A stretch of 63,948 bases of DNA, the filler included, from Lenisia limosa (taxonomy: Eukaryota > Protista > Breviatea): the NCBI GenBank assembly GCA_001655205.1. It is 12 parts of 12 records of this genome, joined end to end, with 100 filler letters (N's around TTAATTAATTAA, not from the genome) between each part and the next. Parts side by side here need not be neighbours in the genome. Positions count along the whole stretch, not along the records: positions 1 to 3,336 come from LPNZ01009230.1; positions 3,437 to 17,860 come from LPNZ01011528.1; 10 more parts are not named here. One strand, given 5' to 3'. Of the stretch, positions 1-11,255 are shown in pieces. Within the stretch, counting starts at the first letter, position 1. Every line of letters begins with the position of its first letter. The position numbers and the translations under genes are program-made. The notes below the pieces were generated by a model that ran no database searches, had not been told where the DNA came from, and saw only the letters and a list, made by a program, of their open reading frames with translations.

Positions 1-133
1 ATTGGAAACGAGGGTTGATAACAACAAACAAAGCCCAAGCCATTCTCGGTAGAGTGAAAAAATGGGGGCGGGGGTAATAGTGTCATAGAGACTGGACTAT
101 CCTGGAAATAAAATAAAACCCCTGCAACATACC

Positions 134-1078
134 AGGACAACGGTGCATGAACGCTGCTGCTCCAACCGTCGGACACCAATATATCCATTACAGCTTCCAT
201 CATTGCAACGTCCTTCAAAAGTCCGTGTTCAGTTGCTAGGAAAGTTAGGATGGGAATGAAAGAGAGTGGTGTTACTATAGTAGTACGACTTGATAGAAAA
301 GTATCAAATATCATCAGAAACTGTGTCTGTGATTCTTGACCGCTTTTCCTTCGGATATCAGATCAGATAGGAAATCGGTCAAGACTTTCCACGGTTTAGT
401 ATACATCATTGCTACAGGTACATGTAAATAAATACAGAGATAACACCCCTTAACAAAGCATAAAACAAAAAAAAAATGTAAAAAAACCAATTAATTATGT
501 GTTCTTAAAATAGAAAGCAATTTACAACATGTTCTTAAAATTAGCAAGCAATGAATTACGTTAAAATTTGAAAGTTATTGTATGGTGAATAGGTTTATGG
601 TATCCTATTATTTGCTAATTAAATGTTGCATTTTATGGCTCTCACAAAAGACGTCTGGGCAACCCCCCCCCCCCCNNNNNNNNNNNNNNNNNNNNNNNNN
701 NNNNNNNNNNNNNNNNNNNNNNNNNNNNNNNNNNNNNNNNNNNNNNNNNNNNNCCCAATAAGGCAAGTTTGATGGCTACGGCTTCATTGGCGGGCTCTTG
801 TGCTGACGTCACAGGGGCGGCCGCGAGTTGGACTGCAAAGCCGAAGTCGACTTCCTAATAGGGGTAAACTCCTTCAAAAACTGCCGAATATGGCAAAGCA
901 ATTCCCAACCTTCCTAACAATGCATCTCCTAACCTTCCTAATAAGACAACCCCCCGAACCTTTATCATTCTGAAGACGTCCACAGTGAAAGCGGGCGAAG
1001 CGTCCGCGAAATACACCGTCATCATTGCTGTGTCAGCAAGAGTGCCAAGCTCCTGCACCACATCGCACACCCAAGATG
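134..1078 (-). CDS. Exons of unidentified multi-exon gene(s)
   Basis: AG/GT-bounded minus-strand segments: ~134-237 (..EHGLLKDVAMMEAVMDILVSDGWSSSVHAPLS), ~755-853 (EVDFGFAVQLAAAPVTSAQEPANEAVAIKLALLG) and ~960-1078 (SWVCDVVQELGTLADTAMMTVYFADASPAFTVDVFRMIK). No family recognised; coordinates approximate. Confidence 0.4.
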
Positions 1079-3336
1079 NNNNNNNNNNNNNNNNNNNNNN
1101 NNNNNNNNNNNNNNNNNNNNNNNNNNNNNNNNNNNNNNNNNNNNNNNNNNNNNNNNNNNNNNNNNNNNNNNNNNNNNNNNNNNNNNNNNNNNNNAGCCCA
1201 AAATCAACTCTGTTGGCTGGGAAGCAAGGTATGTCCAAGTTCGTAATCGTTAAACGAGCCTCGTGGGGATCGTGCGCAGTAACCAACAAATATGATGAGG
1301 AATACTTACTAATGATTTGTGTTCATCAAATCAATTTTCACCTTTCTGTCCTGGTCCTCTATCTGAACTATTGATTGATGTGATTGCCTCAGGTCGGTCA
1401 ATACTTCAAACAGAAGGAAGGGTGCATGACATCCGATGGAGGAAGCTCACAGAATCTACAAATTTCCCATTTCACAGGAACAATGAACGTGATAAGGTTT
1501 GTAAATGGAGGTCATCTATTTATCTCATTTTCTCATTGTTTCAGGATACCCCCAAGATTATTTCATTTTTGTGATGTTATTGTGTTGTTCCATCACGTAC
1601 ACTGTTTGTCTTGGATTTATTTTACGGCTGAATCTCAACTTTCGTTTACGAAAAACAAATTGTTTGGCGCATGTGCGCTCTGTGAGTTCGGTCGGATTGT
1701 TTACAATTCTGACATAGGCTACTCCGAGCACATACGCTCGAAAAGTCCGGGCGCTTGAAGGGGATGTTGCAAGCTTGGAGAGGTCCATTGTTTACTTGTT
1801 CTTACGCAAAACTGTTTGACTGATTCCAAATAACCTGTTCCTTCCTTTGCGTTAGCAAGTTCTGTTTCGGGAACTAGTGTCAGGTTGGTGAGATGGTCAT
1901 GATCCTGAGTTTTTTACGACTACATATTCCAATTATACTCAACCCTACGAAGAGTCCAGATTCCAAGATAAATCCTCTGTGGTTTCTCAATAAATTCCTA
2001 GATAAATCCTATGAAGAAGGATCCAAGCACTCCTTACAACCCCATATATCATAAAGTATAGTATATACCCTCCATGAAGTGTTCAGATTCCTAAATTCAT
2101 AAATACCCAATAAATCCCCCACCCACCCATGAGGGATCCGCGCACTCCTTCGACCCGGACCGGATTGCTGCAACCACTGCCGACTGAATGCCCTTGCTTT
2201 TCATCTCATTTGCGGCGGCGCCAAAGGCAGCTGCGGGGGGGGGGGGNNNNNNNNNNNNNNNNNNNNNNNNNNNNNNNNNNNNNNNNNNNNNNNNNNNNNN
2301 NNNNNNNNNNNNNGTTGACTGACAACACACGAGGGTTGATAACAACAAAACAAAGCAGGCCAGTCGCTTCTACAGCACCGCATCCTATCACTCAAAACGA
2401 AGAAAATGTCGATGAAGAATATTGGTGTGAAGGTACAAGTGCTGACAGGAAGCTCAAAATCCGTGCCATGACTTATCACGGTCAATGTGTGTATAAAATG
2501 TTGCTGATACAATATAGAGTTTTATGAATACTTGGCAGAATGCCAATTTTTCCCATTGTACAAATATTTCCCCATTAGACCAATCTTTGTAGTGGAAACA
2601 GTCCAACTTCAACCCTCCTAATCCTGTCAAACCCCCCAGTGGGATAAGAAGATCCCATCTTCGCTTTCGATCCGACAAAAGACTCAATTTTTCAATAAAT
2701 CCAGAGCCAGTAGAAAGACATCCGTTTGTTATGTCCCAAACAACTCAGCAAACCTCTGCTTGGATGTTCATCGTCCCCACCTAGAGACTGTAAAAGAATC
2801 GTAAATGCAGTACTGTGTTTAATGATTGTTTTATATAAGGTAAAGAGGGACGGAAACAATGATAGCAGCAGTCCCAATTGTAAATTACATATGACTGAAT
2901 TCTCGGCTCATCTAAAAATACATCTATTTATTTAAAATATAGCAATGAGAAATAAAAAATAAGGCTGTATCTGACCGAAGCCGTCCACAACATCACGAGT
3001 ATAAGAGATATTGTAATAAAAATAAAAGGTCATTTTTTGCAACAACAGATGTTTTTCAAAAAATACCCCCTTTATCGTTTAAGAATGATGAGAGTCTATT
3101 TCAGTTCATCTGAGACTTAACAAAAAAAACTTGAATGACAATCTCTACCTACAATAAATACCAAAAAAGGACCAAAAGTAGGTTTTATTAAAATCACGTA
3201 CCACCACCCCCCTCCAGCCTCCCCACTGTTCAGGGAGCAGTCGATGCAGAGGTTTAACAAAGCGGTCAGGTCCGAGTAGGTCAAGGGGGTGAACTGTGTT
3301 TTATTAGCGAAAGAGGGAAGAACTGTGTTTAATTAG

Positions 3337-3436
3337 NNNNNNNNNNNNNNNNNNNNNNNNNNNNNNNNNNNNNNNNNNNNTTAATTAATTAANNNNNNNN
3401 NNNNNNNNNNNNNNNNNNNNNNNNNNNNNNNNNNNN
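3337..3436. other. Artificial assembly spacer N44-TTAATTAATTAA-N44 (six-frame stop linker)
   Basis: Identical 100-bp construct with the 12-mer at 3381, 17905, 19407, 22837, 30226, 31501, 34026, 39647, 44144, 45641 and 62059. Confidence 0.97.
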
Positions 3437-3468
3437 CGAAATTTCCTTTGTTTTACCCCCCCCCCCAG

Positions 3469-4643
3469 AAATAATGCCTCAGTACATGCGGTTCACGCCT
3501 GACGTTGAGGAGCCACAAACAGTGACCGTTCCAGTGACACCAGAAGCAAATGTTGCTTGTGAGAGGGGGGCAGCAAATGTTGCTTGTGGGAGGGGGGCAT
3601 CAAATGAATATCCATGCCTAATTACAGCCATATTTATTCATGCCTAATTACAGCCAGATTTATCCATGCGAGGCGGTTTCAAGATGCCAGCGTCTTTGCA
3701 CCTCACATACCGCTCTCCCAATGTGAGCAGCTGTGAAGGATTTCAAGCTAAAGAATGACCCCAGAGATGAAGCATGCCACATCTGCCTTTTTTTATTTTC
3801 AAGGATTCTCGTGTTATTCCTTGTAGCCCTCGTCTTCTCCCAACGCTCCCATTGAACTGGTGTTGACACAGTCAGGGTTCCTTGAGGCTGGACGCTCGGT
3901 TACAATGAACATCAATGTGAGTGTTGATGATGATTTTGAGCGAAAACTCATTCCTGTAGTTGAATGAAGTGACAGGCAAACATCATGGAATGGTTGTTGC
4001 TGAGATAATGGTAAGTGGATGAGTTCCTTTTTTTTTGTTTCTTTCAATTTAATCTAGCGGGGGTAAGCTTACAGAATTGGCGAGCCTCTTTTTTGAAAAT
4101 TTTCACCAAGCGATTATGTTTTGGTAATTTCTTTCCCTTATTCATAATCACGTTGTCAGCCAACAGAGTTGATTTGAGCTATTTTTTTTATAAATTTTCC
4201 AATTTTACCCCCCCCCCAGGCCCCCAGTGGTGGCACGTTTATTCTCGAGGAGCTTCGACGTTCCTCCAAACAACGGGTGTTTGCCGCCTTCGAAATGACA
4301 GACAACGGCGTGATACTGTATTGGACAACTTTTGGCGCTTTTCAGGAGGTGGAGGGGGGGGGGGATGCTGGGCCTAATTCCACTTTTTGAATTGTAAATA
4401 ATCACAATGGCTTAGACTGAGTTTGCGCTCACTGTCCATATGACTGTCGCGGGAGGGAAGGTGGTACTGCCTTCGTCTCGAGCGTATGCCTACTACGAAG
4501 ACAACACAAACGTAAGGTGAAATATGACAGTATATCTTTACCAATGGCGATTTTAACCATTTCATTCTGTGATAAACTGCATAGTCTTGGACCGAATCCA
4601 AAGAGCTCCTCTCGGCCCTTCCAGCCCCAATGAAAACCTGCCA
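3469..4643 (+). CDS. Alpha-2-macroglobulin / thioester-protein (TEP)-like C-terminal region (A2M receptor-binding-domain-like); 5' part missing
   Basis: Phase-consistent exons starting 3469, then 3658-3722, 3827-3916, 4220-4348, 4416-4511, 4585-4643. They give ..YLSMRGGFKMPASLHLTYRSPNPSSSPNAPIELVLTQSGFLEAGRSVTMNINAPSGGTFILEELRRSSKQRVFAAFEMTDNGVILYWTTFGAFQETEFALTVHMTVAGGKVVLPSSRAYAYYEDNTNSW.. The spacing of PSG, E..N.VILY and AYAYYE recalls the A2M C-terminal SGF, EV..N.V.IY and VYDYYE motifs (from memory, not searched). Confidence 0.55.
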
Positions 4644-5029
4644 GTAATTCTTTAACATATTTAATTATCCGTATGGATCCTGTTTCTTTCGCAGAAAGCG
4701 GATATTGTTGGGCAAAAGATGGTGTATATTAATGTTAGCTCTAATCCGATAGTTCTGATACGCATGATGTGGACGGCTTCGGCCCTTACCTATTATTTCT
4801 CATACACTTAATAGCAACAATTCAGATTGATCATCAGATTTGATGATCGATATTCCATGTCTTTGTACCAATACTTCATTTCTTTGGAGAACTCACCCCA
4901 CATAGTCATCATCTGTATGATATATCTATTCTTGATATGCTGTACTTTAATAATTTTAAATTAAACAAATAGAAAAACAGAAACAACACGAGAAAACATG
5001 GCAAAAAAACCCAAAAAACAAACAACATA

Positions 5030-6830
5030 TTTTCAAAAGCAGCAGGATAAGCATTCAATTATCTCTGATCGCACGCCTTCGCTGGTTTCCTCGAGATGCT
5101 TTCTGCAGAATAAAAATAAATAGATAATAAACATTGGTACATGGGGCCTAAGGAAATTGCAATATGGTAACCATTTTCCATTTTTGTTCACTCTTACCGA
5201 ATGTGTGCGTATGAAGGTTTTGGGCCTCGGCGGCGAACCTCGGCGAAATCGGCCCATGATGTCATAGAGAGAATCAAATGGCGCATCTGGGGATCACGTC
5301 AAGGTAAAATCTCTTTAAAATGCAGCATGGATTGTGCATTACTCTACGATGCTAAAACGATAGAATCTTTGCAACACTCGCCTACTCTTTATTTGTTTAA
5401 TGTCGCACGACTGATAGCCAAACGTAACATCATATCTCTGATCATGAGGGGGACTGCTTCTGAAACGACTTGCCTTCAAATTTCCTGGGCAAGTTATTGG
5501 GGGTTTCTCAATCAAAAAACCTGACAAGACACAGGTATGTGCCAGAACTGAAGATAATAGGCAGTCCCTTACTCCCAGTGCTGCATGAATAGGCTTGGCC
5601 TTTACTTTCCCTGTTAGGAACAGTCACGTGCAGAGAGAAATGCGTCTGGGTCACGAGTCCAGACCCAAAACAGTTGGCCTAGATTATGAATTGTTATTAA
5701 AGATAGCAATATAAATGGCAAAATGATGTATCGTATGATATGACGCCAATTCTTGCTAAGAGTAATACAAATGAAACACCAACCATTGGGGCCCATCCTG
5801 GCAAGCCAAACTGCTCCGAACAGAAGCATCTCGCACAACCGGCGCCGTACTTCATCATCAGGCTCGTGTACTTGAGGCATCCGCCCAGACTGAGTTCACT
5901 CACACCGCCGACTATAGCAAGTTGCTGGGAGGTGAGACCAATTTACAAGATGCTTGTCCGGCAGCGTTGTTGACAGCTATCAAGTCACACTTTTCCTCAA
6001 AATGTCAACCAACGAGAGCCTACCCTTGAACAACAATTGAAGCTGTGTCCATCCGAGCCTCTTTCCTGTCCACAATCAGCACATAAGCACGTGCATTGTG
6101 ATAGATAGTCTTTGCTGCATTTTGGACATGTCTGAGTACAGAGTTGTTCGTTTTCGATGAAGGAGCCTTTTGGGCTGTTTTGCCCTGTCAACATTATTCA
6201 GTTATGAAGTAAAACAATGTAACTTCAATTGGAGAGGATTTGAAAAATGTTTGTGATATCACGTCATTGAATAGTGTAATTAAGGAACTCAAGTGAAGAC
6301 AATACAAAATAAAAATCATTTGGTCTCACCTTCTCTGGCACGCCTCTGAGCGTTTAATGCCTTTTGGCGAGTTGTGGACGAAGGAACAACAAGAAAGCAT
6401 GAGAAGTTAACTAATATGTAACACACATGCAAAACAGGGGAGCAATTGTGCGTATTAAAGAGGAATATACAATATCACGGCAGGCTGTACTTCTTTTGGA
6501 AGTATTGTATATTTGCTTTGAGTGTATTGTTTGGGGAAATTTTATGTTAGATAGGTCCAACTCACACCTTGATCATGTGGGTGCACTAGCTCAGGAAACT
6601 TTTTGGCGTCCATCTGGACTGATGCTGGAGATTTCAACTGTGAAAGAAAAGCAGGTCGATTCGGTTGGCGGCGGAATGCGGTTCTGGTCCGCTTCCGGTG
6701 GTAGCATTTTGCTGACTTTGGGTTGGTGGGTGCAGGGTAACTTGGATAGTGGACGAATGATGGGACGTAATGTGGGTGAAGATCCTGGGTGAAAGTGACA
6801 AATAATCTGGTTCATCATCAGAGGAATATC
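5030..6830 (-). CDS. Probable multi-exon gene, product unknown
   Basis: Several GC-richer blocks (about 5030-5110, 5200-5270, 5780-5930, 6020-6185, 6560-6640) have plausible minus-strand AG/GT boundaries. The reading frame could not be fixed. Confidence 0.3.
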
Positions 6831-9139
6831 CTATGTTTTTTTATCGAGGACTTAGTCTGTATTTAGAAATGAAAGTGAAGCCCAACGCCCTGCGCAATAA
6901 CAATTGGCCATGGAATGCTCACCTTGGCGGAAGTTGACGGCGGCGTATTGAGATAGTCAATCAATGTCCAGCGTCCCCTTTTGTTGAGGGAGAGAGACGT
7001 TTCCATTGCGTCACTTTCAATTTCGGCAATCTGTGAAATGTCACATTTACCATAGCCGGCAGTTGAAATCTAACATTGCCAAAAGTCCCCAACATATACC
7101 ATCTCCCCACACATTTTTATAGTGGTCACAGAGATGGCATGAGCGGAGGGAGGAGCCGGCCCGAAGTTTTGCTTGCACTCCATTGCGACAGGGGGGCGAC
7201 ATGCTATTAATGAACTAAAAAGGACTTAGATTACAGGCAAATGGCCTCACAAAAGCAAGACTGTTACACGGTGTTGGCAGGAGTGGGGCAAGGGGGACTG
7301 TTACACGGTGTTGGCAAGAGTGGGGCAAGGGGCTTTGGGCCGAAGGCTTTGGGGTCTCTGAGAACTACGCCATTATAGCGTTACTGCTTTCTTACATTCC
7401 TCCTATAATTTTAAAACACAGATATAAAAAAGATGAAAAGAGGTAGGCGACGAAAGAGGAGGGCGTCTCACAAATTAGTTAGAATCGAGGATCGAGGATC
7501 AGGAAGACCTGATGGCCATGGTTTGGCCACTGTGTTTTTCAAGGATTTTCCAATTAGTTGGTTTTACGCGTGTGCTGTAGTATTAGAGAGGAGTGGAAGC
7601 TACCAGAAGCGGATAATAGTCTTCCCCCAAATGTTTTAAGCTGAACTAATGCTTTCCCAGCGTGATTTTGCACTGTTCTTGACCATGTCATTGATGTTTG
7701 CAATTTCTTATTACGCTTTGATTAAAACTGCCTTTCACCAATATTCCCCTAACGAAGTTTAAAGAATTCGGCCCTTCTAAATCAAATATAATCGCATTTT
7801 TAAGTCATGACAAGTGAATCAGAAGTTGCTGATCGACCAGGAAGAGGTTATTGGTATGAGTTTTAAGCGTTTCTCGGCCCTTCTAATTGTGCACAGGGCC
7901 TATATTGATCAACATGGAGCTCCATTGCGACTCCCTGCCCGTTTTGAGCCAGGACAGGCAAACACGATTGCCACCACTTCCACATTCCGCACTGTTCCTT
8001 TGAGAGTAGGATTTGATTGGATGGTTTTTTTGTTTCAAATGGAGCCTTTTCTTGGTTTTGGTTAAATCACCACAGTGCCAGTTATCGCATGTGGCTTATT
8101 TGGTTATTTAGTTTGTGTTTGTTTCATATCCTAAATTGGGATGAGCTTGTTTTTCTATGCCTGCCTGGGAGTTATTTGTTTCTTGTTTTTAACCCTTGTG
8201 TATTTTCCAAATGCTTAGCCAACGGAGTTGATTTTGTGCTTTTTTTGTTTAATATATTTTGCAATCCCCCCCTTAAGGCTGGCTGGGGCTCGGGCTTGTT
8301 TTTGTTTTTTGTCATCTGGCTTTTGTCNNNNNNNNNNNNNNNNNNNNNNNNNNNNNNNNNNNNNNNNNNNNNNNNNNNNNNNNNNNNNNNNNNNNNNNNN
8401 NNNNNNNNNNNNNNNNNNCTCTCCTCACAAGGCAGTTGATACTTCCCATTCACCCTCCAGTCGCAGCGAATGGCAGCCCTCCGTTCTTTAGAGTCAAAGC
8501 GAGACCGACTTCCCAGTGTATGTTGTGTTTTCTTTGGGGCTCTTCTATTGTTACTTGTTACCAAAGGCACATAAGGGGTATCGGAGTTACTTGTTACCAA
8601 AGGCACATAAGGGTTATCGAATTTTTTTATCCAGCATTGGGGATGATTTACTTTCTTAGATGATTTTAGGCAATTGGGCCGCACCTATTTCGTCATCTTT
8701 TTAGTCCACCGACGTACTGCATTCAACACCGTTGCAACAGAAGACCGAGGGTATTCAATGTTTGCGCGTTTATACTTTAGCCATGAGGGTTCTGTTGTTA
8801 ATGTTTATCTGGTCTGCTGATTTTATTAAACTTCTTACAAACACCTTCAAATTTCCATGATTCTTTGCAGCCCAAACAGTGCAGGCAGCCTCCTCCCCTC
8901 GGACCAGCCCTGATGGTATGGGAAACAGCAAAAAAATCACACATAACTTACACGGTGTTGGCATAAGTTGTTACAATACTATCCCTTTGAAACTTAATGT
9001 GCTGAATTGTTTTTTCAAGCTATGATAATTAAATTCCAAATTTAAGTTCCTTAAACTGTTAATCAGAATGAATAACATTATTTTATTTTTCAAGCAATTA
9101 TTCATACCATATAATATAATGTTCGCAGATTAAGGCATA

Positions 9140-10529
9140 TGGTTTTCACCAATTATCACCTCCAGCTCCACCATCAGCCAAAACAACCCCTATACCCACA
9201 CCCCATCTTGTCCAGCAAGCCGAGAACCGCCCTCTCAAGCCAGCCAACTCCTTAGTGGCGCAGTCGACATTGTTCCAAAGTGTTGGAACTTTACGTGGGA
9301 GGGATAGCGCTTTCACCCAGTGTTGTGTGTAATTTTTTCTTTTGGTAGCATTTTGTTCAGCACCCTGACTCTTCAGCTGACGCAGATGACGAAACCGAAA
9401 CCACAAAAGGCCGATTCCCCCAGCAAGTGAGTGTTGTGCTACTTTCTTGAGTCCCAGATATAGCACTGAATTGCCCTTCACCACCTATCAGTTTGACAAG
9501 TCCCTCCAATCATGGATCCGTGACAACCCTGGGGTGCCTATACCACCTATTGTTACTGCCATTACCACCGCGCTTCTCTCTCCATTTGGTTTGCCATATG
9601 ATGGCTATTTTTTCTTCTTTTTAGTTTCCTGACTCTGGGAAGTATTTGTCTGTAGGTCTTCTAAAGTCCATATTTTCTTGGTCCTTTTAGGTGCTAAAAG
9701 ATCGTTCTCTTATAGTTCAGCCCTCAAAGTACCATGGCTCTTCTCTGACAATTCGATTCTCCTTCCGGCCGCGTCCACACTCCTCCAGTCAATAAGAAAA
9801 GGTGTGAGAGAGGAAAGCGGGGCATCCAAACCATCTGGTTCCATTGGGTGATATAGCTTCATTGGGGTTGGCGGGATTTATTTACTCCTCTTTATTTCTG
9901 ATGGGTAGTCTGACTCAAATATGAAAAGCAAATTAGGTTTCACAATACGTATTTCATATGTTGATTTTTTTTACCACAGTGTTTTTTAAAATGGGTTCCC
10001 AAAAGTTAATTTTGGGTAGTTAATATTGAGTATATTTTCATTTACCCCCCCCCCCCCNNNNNNNNNNNNNNNNNNNNNNNNNNNNNNNNNNNNNNNNNNN
10101 NNNNNNNNNNNNNNNNNNNNNNNNNNNNNNNNNNNNNNNNNNNNNNNNNNNNNNNNNNNNNNNNNGCAGCGATCCTGATTCGCTATATAGATATTCACCC
10201 TCTCATTCCACCCTCCGCGGCCGTGGCCCTTGTTGCTGCCATCAATGCCCAGGGTGGGCGGGCTTGGTGTAATATGGCTGAACTGCGTATTGGATTGGTT
10301 TTTTTTGGAACTTGAGGGTTATTTAACTTGAGGGTTATTTTTACGTCTCAACGAGTGATGGCATTTGTAGGAATTCCGAATGTTGCCTCATGGCGCGCCA
10401 CAATGGCTGGTATTTCGAACTACGCTATTTTGAGGGCCATTTTTGACGTATTCAATACGGTGACCGCTTTTTCAGCCGCCAACAGTCTCAATGTTCCGAG
10501 ACTCGCATCTATCATTTCGCAGTTCATTT
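9140..10529 (+). CDS. RhoGAP-domain protein, predicted catalytically degenerate; both ends not resolved
   Basis: Spliced: YQFDKSLQSWIRDNPGVPIPPIVTAITTALLSPF|ALKVPWLFSDNSILLPAASTLLQSIRK..|AAILIRYIDIHPLIPPSAAVALVAAINAQ|GIPNVASWRATMAGISNYAILRAIFDVFNTVTAFSAANSLNVPRLASIISQFI. This follows the RhoGAP motif order FG.SL..P.IV / GL..EGIFR / VA.LLK.FLR..PLIP / NY..L..L..V..N.M..NLA.IF. Upstream low-complexity exons probably extend to about 8440 or further. Confidence 0.65.
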
Positions 10530-11255
10530 GTAGGGGTTTTGTTGCCTATTTAAATTGAATCATTTCCCACTCTATTAGTTTGTCTCCGTATTTACAATAT
10601 TTCCTTTGTCCCTCTAGTTAACAAGCTGGGTTATTGGTCCCCTCCGTCTATGATGTGTTTTTCAGCTGAGTCTGCNNNNNNNNNNNNNNNNNNNNNNNNN
10701 NNNNNNNNNNNNNNNNNNNNNNNNNNNNNNNNNNNNNNNNNNNNNNNNNNNNNNNNNNNNNNNNNNNNNNNNNNNNNNNNNNNNNNNNNNNNNNNTCTTC
10801 CATTCGTAATTGTTTTTCGAATCTCTTGTAATGTATTTGTATTTTAGTTGTTTCTAATGTTTGGTCATGGGGAGCGGAGTGGCTTTAGCGAGGACTTTAG
10901 TTTTTATTATTGAGTTATCCGTTCTGTTGATAGAGAGATTTTGGTAAGAAGGGTGTAAGAAGGATATGAATTGGATATAAATAAGAATGATATTATAATA
11001 AGCCCAAAAGTGGCTGGCAAACTATCTTGAAAATGGTGGGTTGGGTTGGTGGCGCCACCTGACCTAACTTGGAGGAGGACAACAGTCCATGCAGCCGTAA
11101 TATCGGATTTATTGGGATTTCCTTTTTCCCTTTTTCCTTTTCCATACCCACGCAGTACCATTTTGTTGTATTGTTCAGATTATTCTAAACAATGAGGAAG
11201 AAAGCAAGGATTACGCTCTGAAAATGCCAAAACCATCTTTCTGATTCGGCACACT

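Noticed and set aside
770-853. DFGFAVQL resembling a protein-kinase DFG motif
   Set aside because: No HRD, APE or VAIK-context motifs in the flanking exons.
3381-3392. Recurrent TTAATTAATTAA palindrome (11 copies)
   Set aside because: Always centred between 44-N blocks; an assembly linker, not biology. Gene neighbourhoods across these linkers were not interpreted.
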